Of a DNA stretch of 58,287 bases, positions 51,365-58,287 are shown piece by piece. How positions within the stretch are numbered: position 1 is the stretch's first letter; each line of letters begins with the position of its first letter. Origin of the DNA: a virus; IMG/VR virus record IMGVR_UViG_3300045988_068176, positions 1-58,287 of that record; one strand, written 5' to 3'. Both the position numbers and the translations under genes were made by a program. The notes below the pieces were generated by a model that worked only from the letters and a program-made list of their open reading frames with translations, was not told the DNA's origin and ran no database searches.

Positions 51365-51367
51365 GTA

Positions 51368-51919
51368 TCAGACCTCCTCAATTTGATTTCCGAAAGCGTC
51401 CCATCCATCACGATGATTTCTTGCAAATAGTTCAATCTTTTTAGCTGTCGGAAACATATCCTCTAACATTTTATAGGCGCATTGCGGTTTATGACTATGG
51501 TATGTAGCGGGCTCTCGAAGTATCGTTGTGTATTTACCTCTCGTTTCTTTTCTTGGCATCAGCATTTTTCCGGGCTTGTAGAACCACAAGAGATATTCGT
51601 GCGAGAACCGAACCGTAAAAGCAGGAGCAACGCCGTTTTCTTTATCCCAAACCATTCTCGCATGGAGTTTGTAGCCACGCTTTGCCATTTGCCGTTCCGC
51701 TTCCATCAAGAACTTGTCAATGCACCACATAAACACATTATGGTGGTCTGCTGTATTTTCAAAGAAAACGTCTTGAATAGAAAAGCAATCATCAAGCGAA
51801 AGAGTTTTGTAATCAAGTTCTTTTCCTTGATTCGGTCTGCATTTTCTGACGTTTCCTTTTTTCTGCGGCCACGGTGGGTCTGTGTAAATAATTTCGTACT
51901 TTTCGTTAAGTTCGTTCAT
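51368..51919 (-). CDS. MT-A70-family N6-adenine DNA methyltransferase
   Basis: IIYTDPPWPQKKG (DPPW), 183 aa. Confidence 0.85.
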   Translation of the reverse strand: MNELNEKYEIIYTDPPWPQKKGNVRKCRPNQGKELDYKTLSLDDCFSIQDVFFENTADHHNVFMWCIDKFLMEAERQMAKRGYKLHARMVWDKENGVAPAFTVRFSHEYLLWFYKPGKMLMPRKETRGKYTTILREPATYHSHKPQCAYKMLEDMFPTAKKIELFARNHRDGWDAFGNQIEEV

Positions 51920-52212
51920 TATTCATCCTCTTTTGGAATTCTAGGAATTGGCATCCAAAACTTGACCGGGTATTCATCATCGACCCATTTCCCATCTTTG
52001 AACTGCATTGTTCTAATACAGTTTCTCCAATACCAAAAATCGTAGACAACAAAATAAACCCCATTTTCAATAGGTTGTGCGTCTTTTACACTTGTCCACA
52101 ACTGCATAGCGGTTGGAACCGTATCAACCCATTCTTCGGCTTCTTTTAGGTCGATTTCTTCTCCCATGTTCCCCAATGCATCAATAACATCCTCTGTGTC
52201 AACAAGTCTCAT
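51919..52212 (-). CDS. DUF551-like protein
   Basis: WTSVKDAQP...VKFWMPIPRIPKE. Confidence 0.55.
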   Translation of the reverse strand: MRLVDTEDVIDALGNMGEEIDLKEAEEWVDTVPTAMQLWTSVKDAQPIENGVYFVVYDFWYWRNCIRTMQFKDGKWVDDEYPVKFWMPIPRIPKEDE

Positions 52213-52218
52213 CCTCGT

Positions 52219-52383
52219 TCACCTCTTCATTTTCGTTTCGATGTTGTCTAGCTTCCGTGCAATCTGCAAGATAGAACAACAGTTGTCCAACTGTCGCCAC
52301 CAAGCGCACTTTTCTTTCTCGCACACGCACCGACCAAGCGGATTGCTGGTCATCTTCATCGGGCAGTAAAGTTCGTTGTCCAT
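52219..52383 (-). CDS. small Cys-rich protein
   Basis: Start MDNELYCPMK behind GGGAGG. Confidence 0.5.
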   Translation of the reverse strand: MDNELYCPMKMTSNPLGRCVCEKEKCAWWRQLDNCCSILQIARKLDNIETKMKR

Positions 52384-52385
52384 GC

Positions 52386-52580
52386 TTACCTCCCAAGAAA
52401 CACAAACGCCCACTTCATCCATTCTGGGATGTCTGCGGAAAACAAACCCTTATACATAAAGATGGAAAGTGCGATAGACGAAACTGCCGCGACTGCAATA
52501 AAAGCGATTACAACGCCTTGAAGAATCGCAAACTTTCTACGGCTTCTTTCCATCCTCTTTTCAATGTCATATCTGTTCAT
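52386..52580 (-). CDS. small membrane protein
   Basis: 64 aa, one TM. Confidence 0.5.
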   Translation of the reverse strand: MNRYDIEKRMERSRRKFAILQGVVIAFIAVAAVSSIALSIFMYKGLFSADIPEWMKWAFVFLGR

Positions 52581-52586
52581 GTTATT

Positions 52587-52769
52587 TTACCTCCACCCTA
52601 TCACAACAGCCGTACAAACGACTAGACACACGTTGGCGAACAGCCAAACAAGCATTGCCTGACGCTTTTCAAACAGGCTGTCTGTCATGTCTTTGATTGT
52701 CCGTTCGGACTGAACTACCACCGCCAGCAGGACTAGGCAGACCAGCCAGCGAGTTGCAAATTCAAACAT
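52587..52769 (-). CDS. small membrane protein
   Basis: 60 aa, two TM. Confidence 0.5.
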   Translation of the reverse strand: MFEFATRWLVCLVLLAVVVQSERTIKDMTDSLFEKRQAMLVWLFANVCLVVCTAVVIGWR

Positions 52770-52770
52770 T

Positions 52771-53004
52771 TCAGAATGCCTCCCAACTGTTAACCGTAAT
52801 TTTCTTCCCGCAAATCGGGCATTCAGGAATAATTTTGTTCCATACTTTATTTGCTGTCATCGTTGCAAATCGAGTGTCGAGGACATCTATATCCGTTCCA
52901 CACAAATCACAAGAGAATTTTATGCTCCTCCGAATATCATCTCTTATCCTCATGGATAACGTATCGTCAACTTCTTCGCTATTCAACAGCGCCATCAGCT
53001 CCAC
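52771..53004 (-). CDS. zinc-ribbon protein
   Basis: CDLCG...CPICG. Confidence 0.5.
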   Translation of the reverse strand: MELMALLNSEEVDDTLSMRIRDDIRRSIKFSCDLCGTDIDVLDTRFATMTANKVWNKIIPECPICGKKITVNSWEAF

Positions 53005-53318
53005 CTTTCTCTCAGCTCTTTTTCGATCTGTTCTGACTTTGCGGTGATGTAATCTGCAAACTCGTCAGGTGTCATGTTCTCGTTCTTGAACTGCCCAACC
53101 ATCTCCCAGTACCCGTCACCGATGCGGATGATTTTCTGCACCTGTTCATCGGTCAGGTCTGCATCGCACCGAAGGTTCTGAATCAGTGCGCCCCATGTGG
53201 CAGCGATGCCATCCAGAGCCATGCGGAATCCGTACAACTGGTTCTGCCGTGCGATTTTGCGGAGGTTGGTCGGCTTGACCTGTTTACCACACAAGGGGCA
53301 GTTTCCAAATTTATTCAT
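52995..53318 (-). CDS. hypothetical protein with N-terminal CxxC
   Basis: Start MNKFGNCPLCGK behind AAAGGAG. Confidence 0.5.
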   Translation of the reverse strand: MNKFGNCPLCGKQVKPTNLRKIARQNQLYGFRMALDGIAATWGALIQNLRCDADLTDEQVQKIIRIGDGYWEMVGQFKNENMTPDEFADYITAKSEQIEKELRERWS

Positions 53319-53640
53319 CCGGCTGCTCCTTTGCTTCAAGGCGAGAGAGCCAGCGGGCTTCTTTTTCATCTTCGATTTTGATAACCTTTTCCATGTACCT
53401 GTTATAAATCAAGATTCCGTCTCTTTCGGCGGACTTGCCAAACATGGTTAGGCAGACAAAAACATCCGCCATTTCTTCTTGTATATTTTCTAAACATTCC
53501 TCAACGCTCTTCGGTGTCGGATTCGTACCATCCAGCGCCCGGCGCAGCTTCAACGTAGCCTGTGCCAGTTCGGATGCTTCTTCTGCCAACTGCGCCAAGA
53601 TTTCTGTCTTGGGCAGAATGTCTGAAACTTTTTTACTCAC
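53311..53640 (-). CDS. mazG: MazG-like nucleotide pyrophosphohydrolase
   Basis: LAEEASELAQATLKLRR...IQEEMADVFVCL EExxE/D pattern. Confidence 0.7.
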   Translation of the reverse strand: MSKKVSDILPKTEILAQLAEEASELAQATLKLRRALDGTNPTPKSVEECLENIQEEMADVFVCLTMFGKSAERDGILIYNRYMEKVIKIEDEKEARWLSRLEAKEQPDE

Positions 53641-53815
53641 TTTTTTCTCCTTTCAGCCAGTCGTTCAGCTTTGCCATGCAAGAGGGGCAAAGGCGATACT
53701 CGTAGTCACACGGAACACCAATACCCCACACACGCATCTCAATGTCGGTGAAATTGTTATATTCGTATAAAGGATACGTCTCTCCGCATCTATCACACTT
53801 AAGTGCCTCTCCCAT
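53633..53815 (-). CDS. zinc-ribbon protein
   Basis: CDRCG...CPSC. Confidence 0.5.
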   Translation of the reverse strand: MGEALKCDRCGETYPLYEYNNFTDIEMRVWGIGVPCDYEYRLCPSCMAKLNDWLKGEKSE

Positions 53816-54332
53816 GTTCTTTCTCCAATCTCTTTAGCAGCCCGTCCACGTCATACCGCCAATGGACACGCAACCTTTTTGCTTTGACCTCTATCCCCTC
53901 TTGCTCTGCCCACTGCCAAGGGATGCTCTTGCGGCTCTCGTTGTAACGGAACGCCAGAACCTTGCTGGCAGGGATTGCAAAGGTGCGGTCGACCGCCCTG
54001 TAATTTACTATCACATGGGCGGTCTGACCGCCGTACCCCATCGCATCCACCATGTCAGTGATGTGCTTTTCCTTGCGGTATTTGCACTTTGCCTTGTCGT
54101 ACTTACCGAACACCTTTTCCAGAGGGATAGAGGGCGTTTCTATGGTTTTCAGTTCAAACAGGTGGTTCATCGGGTATCGGTACACAAGGAAGTCGCAGAT
54201 GTTATCGATGGAAAAGGACAGGTTCTCGTTGCCGCCGTAGTAGGTGGCGGCACTGTCTTTCAGCCGGTAGCACCACGCATCGGATGGGACGGATGCTTTG
54301 AAGTCTGCTTCAAACTGCTTGCCGGTGTTCAT
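53799..54332 (-). CDS. recU: RecU-like Holliday junction resolvase (PD-(D/E)xK)
   Basis: GKQFEADFKAS...ICDFLVY...LFELKT motif order. Confidence 0.7.
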   Translation of the reverse strand: MNTGKQFEADFKASVPSDAWCYRLKDSAATYYGGNENLSFSIDNICDFLVYRYPMNHLFELKTIETPSIPLEKVFGKYDKAKCKYRKEKHITDMVDAMGYGGQTAHVIVNYRAVDRTFAIPASKVLAFRYNESRKSIPWQWAEQEGIEVKAKRLRVHWRYDVDGLLKRLEKEHGRGT

Positions 54333-54517
54333 GCGTTGTCCTTTGGTCGTTTTGGGAGTGGCATCCAGAACGGCATATTGTCAGGAAACGACTCCGCAAG
54401 GGTCATATTCACAATTCCTGCATGTTCCGTATTGCTATACCAAACCAAAATGTTTCCCATCGAATCTCCGTCACATTTGTGAGGTGGATTTTTCACTATA
54501 TCTTTCCATTCATTCAT
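54329..54517 (-). CDS. DUF551-like protein
   Basis: WKDIVKNPP...MPFWMPLPKRPK. Confidence 0.5.
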   Translation of the reverse strand: MNEWKDIVKNPPHKCDGDSMGNILVWYSNTEHAGIVNMTLAESFPDNMPFWMPLPKRPKDNA

Positions 54518-54535
54518 CCTCGTTTACCTCCAAAT

Positions 54536-54811
54536 TCACGGAATATGAGTTGCTTTGTCAGCGGGCTTTTCCATTTCCTTCATAATTCGCTTATGTTCTT
54601 CCACTGTCATGTTGTTCGGAAAAAAGCACCTGTCAACAATCTCAAACGGCTCAATATAATGGTCAAGAACATCTCGTGCTTCTTTTCGTGCTTTTTCTGC
54701 ACACATTTCGATATATTCTTCTTCGGTCATGTTGTAATCGGTAATGCAATCGACCACCGAAGAAAACCGGCACAGCAGACCATTAGGTTGTCTTGCAATG
54801 AAAGCTCCCAT
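54536..54811 (-). CDS. hypothetical protein
   Basis: 91-aa ORF. Confidence 0.5.
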   Translation of the reverse strand: MGAFIARQPNGLLCRFSSVVDCITDYNMTEEEYIEMCAEKARKEARDVLDHYIEPFEIVDRCFFPNNMTVEEHKRIMKEMEKPADKATHIP

Positions 54812-55027
54812 TTATCGTTCACCTCTAAATTCACTTCCGAGAAACCGCTTTTTTCCACGTTCCCGGTGCTTGTCCTCGTAGTTGCGGTGGTACACGCTCT
54901 GGCTGTTGTTAAGCTCATGCACAAACGCCTTGCGCTCCTCGAAGTCTTTCTTCTCTTCCTTGTACTTCTCGCAAGTGTCGTGGCAAGCTGTGCAGCGTGA
55001 TTCGCAGTTGAGACAACAGGTAATCAT
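54812..55027 (-). CDS. Cys-rich small protein
   Basis: MITCCLNCESRCTACHDTCEKY. Confidence 0.5.
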   Translation of the reverse strand: MITCCLNCESRCTACHDTCEKYKEEKKDFEERKAFVHELNNSQSVYHRNYEDKHRERGKKRFLGSEFRGER

Positions 55028-56664
55028 TCTTCGCCAAATCTCCTTTTTGTGACGGCAATGCAGAAGCTATCAACTTCGCTCGCCCATCGTGCCGTACCGT
55101 TTCCATAGGTCTTTTGCCAGATAAGCGGGAAGCCACCTATACCATCGAACAGACTTCCTAGCGTGGCATTTTTGACCAGATAAGGTTTCATCTTCTGTGC
55201 AATCCAGAACCACTGCGGTAGAGCAATGCTGTTTCCGAGTGCCTTGTACCGTGGACTGTCAGCGGACTTATGCTTTTTTCCTTTGGTGTCTGTCCACTCG
55301 CCAATGTCAGTCCATCCGCTCGGGTAGCCCTGCAACCGTTCACACTCAACAGGTGTCAAGCGGCGAACAATCCAGCGGACGTTTTTCTCTGCAACCAGGC
55401 ATTCGCTGCCATTGCCGATGTTTCCTGCTTTCGCTTTCAAGGTTGAGCATTTTCCACTTTCCTTATAGTGGCTGAAAGACTGTTCGTTGAAGGTATTACG
55501 TTCGATAGCGATAGCTGTGTAGTCTGTGATTCTGTTTTGGTGGTCGCCTGTGATTATCGGCGCTATCTGGCCGTCGCCATTTCCTTGTGCATTAAATATT
55601 TTTCTTTCCGTGACCATTGGAACATACCCGCCGCCAAGACCCATGCTTGCTGGAAGCGTTGGGCAGATGCCGGTCTGTGAAACCGTTGCATGGACTTGGT
55701 TACTTTCCAAGACTATCGGTTGTGCATTGCTTTCAAACACGATAGGTTGGTGTCCGTGTTCCGCTGCTCGCAATGTCCCCGTCATGTTATAGGACACGCT
55801 CATCGCCCCTCCGCCTTGGTCATTTAAGACGGGAATCGCTTGGAAAAGCGTCTGGTCTTGGAGCGTCGATAGCGTTCCGACTTTTTCTGTTTGCACAAGT
55901 GCGCCCTTTCCTCCTCCGGCACAGCCAGAGCGGATTTTAAGAGAGTACGCAGCTGCTTCTCTGCTTTCTCTCTTATCCGTTCCTTCCTCTCGTTCAGAGC
56001 AGTCAGCTTCTCTCGTCTTATCCGTTTCTGTTCTTCTGCAATCAGCATCTCCATCGCCTTTGCGGCCGCGCCCGGCTCCCACCATTCGATCATTTCCAGC
56101 AGGGCGGTTTGCAGCAAGTCCGGCAATTTCTTTCCACGTCGGGATGCACGGATCAGGATACCTTGACAGGCTCGTGCGCTCAAATAATATTTCTCCGGCG
56201 CGTTGGCCTCCAAGGTCGATGATAAGAGCGATACGTTTTCTACGCTGGGCCACTCCGAAATATTGACTGTCGAGCTGTCTCCAAGCCAAGCTCCATCCGT
56301 CTCCTGAGATTGCTCCGGCTTTGCTCCATCTGCCCTTTCTACTCGAAGGTCTAGGAATTGAAGCGTCTGGTTGTTCCACGCGGGCAAGTTCTTCCAGCAC
56401 GGCTCTGAAATCTTCTCCGTTGTTGCTGGAAAAGACCCCTGGTACGTTTTCCCAAATAGCGAAAGTTGGATACATTCCATTGGTTGCTGCCCTCATTTCT
56501 TTTATGATTCGAACCGCTTCCATGAACAACCCGGATCGTTCTCCCGCAAGTCCCGCCCTGCGTCCCGCAATGGACAAATCCTGGCACGGACTGCCGAACG
56601 TGATGCAATCCACAGGTTCTATCTGGTCTCCGTGAATCTTTGCAATGTCGCCCAAGTGCTTCAT
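55024..56664 (-). CDS. dcm: DNA cytosine-5 methyltransferase, circularly permuted (motifs IV-X then I-II)
   Basis: GSPCQDLS (IV), WENVPG (VI), QRRKRIALI (VIII), ECERLQGYP and LGNSIALP (IX/X), then C-terminal LFDGIGGFPL (I) and WASEVD (II). Confidence 0.85.
   Translation of the reverse strand: MKHLGDIAKIHGDQIEPVDCITFGSPCQDLSIAGRRAGLAGERSGLFMEAVRIIKEMRAATNGMYPTFAIWENVPGVFSSNNGEDFRAVLEELARVEQPDASIPRPSSRKGRWSKAGAISGDGWSLAWRQLDSQYFGVAQRRKRIALIIDLGGQRAGEILFERTSLSRYPDPCIPTWKEIAGLAANRPAGNDRMVGAGRGRKGDGDADCRRTETDKTREADCSEREEGTDKRESREAAAYSLKIRSGCAGGGKGALVQTEKVGTLSTLQDQTLFQAIPVLNDQGGGAMSVSYNMTGTLRAAEHGHQPIVFESNAQPIVLESNQVHATVSQTGICPTLPASMGLGGGYVPMVTERKIFNAQGNGDGQIAPIITGDHQNRITDYTAIAIERNTFNEQSFSHYKESGKCSTLKAKAGNIGNGSECLVAEKNVRWIVRRLTPVECERLQGYPSGWTDIGEWTDTKGKKHKSADSPRYKALGNSIALPQWFWIAQKMKPYLVKNATLGSLFDGIGGFPLIWQKTYGNGTARWASEVDSFCIAVTKRRFGEE
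55824..56480 (-). CDS. 218-codon ORF embedded in the +1 frame of the methyltransferase gene
   Basis: GAGGG then 9 nt then ATG. SLFGKT...NISEWPSVENVSLLSSTLEANAPEKYYLSARACQGILIRASRRGKKLP resembles a module I recall from MTase-associated proteins. Confidence 0.4.
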   Translation of the reverse strand: MECIQLSLFGKTYQGSFPATTEKISEPCWKNLPAWNNQTLQFLDLRVERADGAKPEQSQETDGAWLGDSSTVNISEWPSVENVSLLSSTLEANAPEKYYLSARACQGILIRASRRGKKLPDLLQTALLEMIEWWEPGAAAKAMEMLIAEEQKRIRREKLTALNERKERIREKAEKQLRTLLKSALAVPEEERAHLCKQKKSERYRRSKTRRFSKRFPS

Positions 56665-56732
56665 CTTTCCAAACGCCCGTTTAGCCAGATAGCGCAGCTC
56701 TTATATAAGGTAGGCGGTCAATGCCTTACAGG

Positions 56733-57305
56733 TCAGAATGGCAGCGAACCATCCGGCTCTTCAATCACAGAGAAGTCATCGTTCCCGCCCTGCGAGTAGC
56801 CAGAGCCAGACCCACCAGCCAGCGTTTTCTTCTGTCTGACCTCATAGTCGCCGGAACGAATCTTGTCCACGCTGGTGAAGCGGTCAACGACAAGCTTCGT
56901 CTTGACGTTGCCATCGTTGCCCATGTACTCTTCCTCGCGGAGAACCACGCCGACCAGCTTGCCACGCAGGGTCTTTTCATCGTTGTTGAACTTGTAGCCG
57001 GGATTGGACTGCTCCACAGCGGTGATAAATCCCTTGAAGAACGGCAGCGCCTTCTCTTTGTAGCTCTTGATGGTCTTGCCGCCCCATGCCCATTCGCCCG
57101 GGTTCAGCTTGCCGCACTCGATAAGGGAAGCGGTCTGCTCACGCCAGTAGCCCTTGAACTCGCCCTCTGTGATTTCCCACTCGATGTTCAGGCGTTCCTT
57201 TGCGGGTTCGTCCGTTGCCTTGCAGATACCGGCAACATAGCCGCCAACAGGCAGGGCACGGCGTTCGGTGGCTTCCTGTACGTCATTCCAGTTGATGTTC
57301 TTCAT
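56733..57305 (-). CDS. ssb: single-stranded DNA-binding protein (DUF669/gp2.5-like) with acidic tail
   Basis: 190 aa; C-terminus GNDDFSVIEEPDGSLPF; adjacent to the Sak4-like ATPase. Confidence 0.65.
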   Translation of the reverse strand: MKNINWNDVQEATERRALPVGGYVAGICKATDEPAKERLNIEWEITEGEFKGYWREQTASLIECGKLNPGEWAWGGKTIKSYKEKALPFFKGFITAVEQSNPGYKFNNDEKTLRGKLVGVVLREEEYMGNDGNVKTKLVVDRFTSVDKIRSGDYEVRQKKTLAGGSGSGYSQGGNDDFSVIEEPDGSLPF

Positions 57306-57308
57306 CTG

Positions 57309-57941
57309 TTACTCTCCTTTGTTATCCGGCTGAACCGGGATGTTGTAATACTCACGGATGGTCTTGTCTACGGTGGCGAGGTCGTTCTCGATCAGCGCAT
57401 CGTTGAACATCCCAAGGGGGGTTTTCACGGTGTCCATCCCATCATTGCGAGTGCTGAACAGGTATCGCCCATCCTGCACAACGGTTTTCAGAACGATGGT
57501 AAAGTACCCTTCCACGCAGACCTTTTCGTCCAGTAGCTTTCCGATGGTTTTAAACTTCTCGCCACCGTCTCCGTCACGCTCGCTGTGACCGAAAAAGTAG
57601 ACCACAACATCGTCCGGCAGTTCCTTTGCCCGCATCAGCAGAGCGTTGAAGTTGGCTGCCATGTCGGTAAACTTCTGGTATCCAGCGACCTTTGCGTTCC
57701 GCATGAACTCGCCAGTCATAAGGTAGGTGGCATCGTCAATGACGATGGACTTACGCTTGGTGCTGTGGATTGCGGCATCAATCTTGCCGTAGTCGTTGGT
57801 GATATAGGTTTTCATGTTGTTGCGGAACGGCAGCGGCTTGCCAAGCACGTTGATGACTGCAACCTGTTCCGGGTCAAAGTTCCGAAGCGAAGCGGACTTA
57901 CCGCTGCCGGAGTGACCGTAGACCATTACTAATACTGCCAT
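57309..57941 (-). CDS. Sak4-like/AAA_24 recombination ATPase
   Basis: VMVYGHSGSGKSAS Walker A; IVIDDATYL Walker B. Confidence 0.75.
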   Translation of the reverse strand: MAVLVMVYGHSGSGKSASLRNFDPEQVAVINVLGKPLPFRNNMKTYITNDYGKIDAAIHSTKRKSIVIDDATYLMTGEFMRNAKVAGYQKFTDMAANFNALLMRAKELPDDVVVYFFGHSERDGDGGEKFKTIGKLLDEKVCVEGYFTIVLKTVVQDGRYLFSTRNDGMDTVKTPLGMFNDALIENDLATVDKTIREYYNIPVQPDNKGE

Positions 57942-57959
57942 TTTTCTTTCCTTTCTTCG

Positions 57960-57998
57960 GCTTCATTGGGCTTCATTGTTCTTACTTTGGCTTAATAT
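57960..57998 (-). repeat. AAGCC-motif cluster shared with 8463..8614
   Basis: AGCCCAATGAAGC (rc of 57960-57972) equals 8567-8579; ATATTAAGCC (rc of 57989-57998) equals 8591-8600. Confidence 0.75.
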
Positions 57999-58010
57999 GG
58001 CTGTACAAAA

Positions 58011-58160
58011 TCAATCTCCCCAGCACACGGTATCCGCTTCATCTGGCCGCTGCCATTCAGGTTCTTCGTCCGCTCTGGGTGCGAAGTAGTAGTCATCGGG
58101 CGGCTCAACCACGCCACCGAACCGATCAAAACAGCCGGAGCAATCGTACATTTCGTTCAT
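58011..58160 (-). CDS. 49-aa Cys-containing acidic protein
   Basis: GGAGGAATGCAGA then ATG; MNEMYDCSGCFDRFGG...; below the track cutoff. Confidence 0.45.
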   Translation of the reverse strand: MNEMYDCSGCFDRFGGVVEPPDDYYFAPRADEEPEWQRPDEADTVCWGD

Positions 58161-58287
58161 TCTGCATTCCTCCATTTGTTGGTATGATGTGTTGCACGGC
58201 TGATTTTTTTGTTTTTACGGTCGTCATATTCATTTTCCGCAGTAACACCAAGTGCGCACATGAAAAGTGCCACAGCCAAAAGCAAAA
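58157..58287 (-). CDS. 3' part of the wrap-around membrane protein gene (see 1..215)
   Basis: Same frame continues from the terminal repeat to the TGA at 58159..58157, which overlaps the next ATG. Confidence 0.55.
   Translation of the reverse strand, partial: LLLAVALFMCALGVTAENEYDDRKNKKISRATHHTNKWRNAE
58203..58287. repeat. second copy of the 85-bp terminal repeat
   Basis: Identical to 1-85. Confidence 0.9.

Overview
The window is a complete, circularly closing genome of about 58.2 kb. Bases 1-85 are repeated exactly at 58203-58287, and one ORF reads in frame across that junction. It is a temperate, siphovirus-like phage of a probable Firmicutes/Clostridia-type host. Most genes lie on the minus strand.

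Minus-strand modules:
- Packaging, head and tail genes (16.3-35.8 kb): TerL, portal, scaffold, lambda-E-like capsid, connectors, major tail protein, a G/T chaperone pair with an AAAAAAC slippery site, tape measure and tail fibres.
- Lysis cassette (14.6-16.2 kb).
- Replication and recombination block (44.7-58 kb): replisome organizer, DnaB-like helicase, Sak4-like ATPase, SSB, RecU and MazG. It also holds three methyltransferase-like genes, two Lar-like genes and a displaced TerS.

No integrase is visible. Instead there is a plus-strand plasmid module at 5.3-10.3 kb, so this looks like a phage-plasmid. That module has a Rep_3-type initiator behind an iteron origin, a ParA ATPase and RHH proteins.

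Most unusual observations:
1. A C5-cytosine methyltransferase whose motif I/II module sits at the C-terminus (circular permutation). A 218-codon, protein-like ORF is embedded in its +1 frame.
2. A roughly 1.7 kb non-coding locus with 14 same-orientation ATAGTCG boxes, a G-tract array and organizer-type boxes.
3. RtcB plus tRNA-Met plus a non-canonical tRNA-like gene, next to a small serine recombinase.
4. Twin promoter-operator units bracketing a 3.2 kb accessory segment.
5. An orphan five-gene module with extreme amino-acid composition.

All homology calls are from motif recognition by eye. No searches were run.
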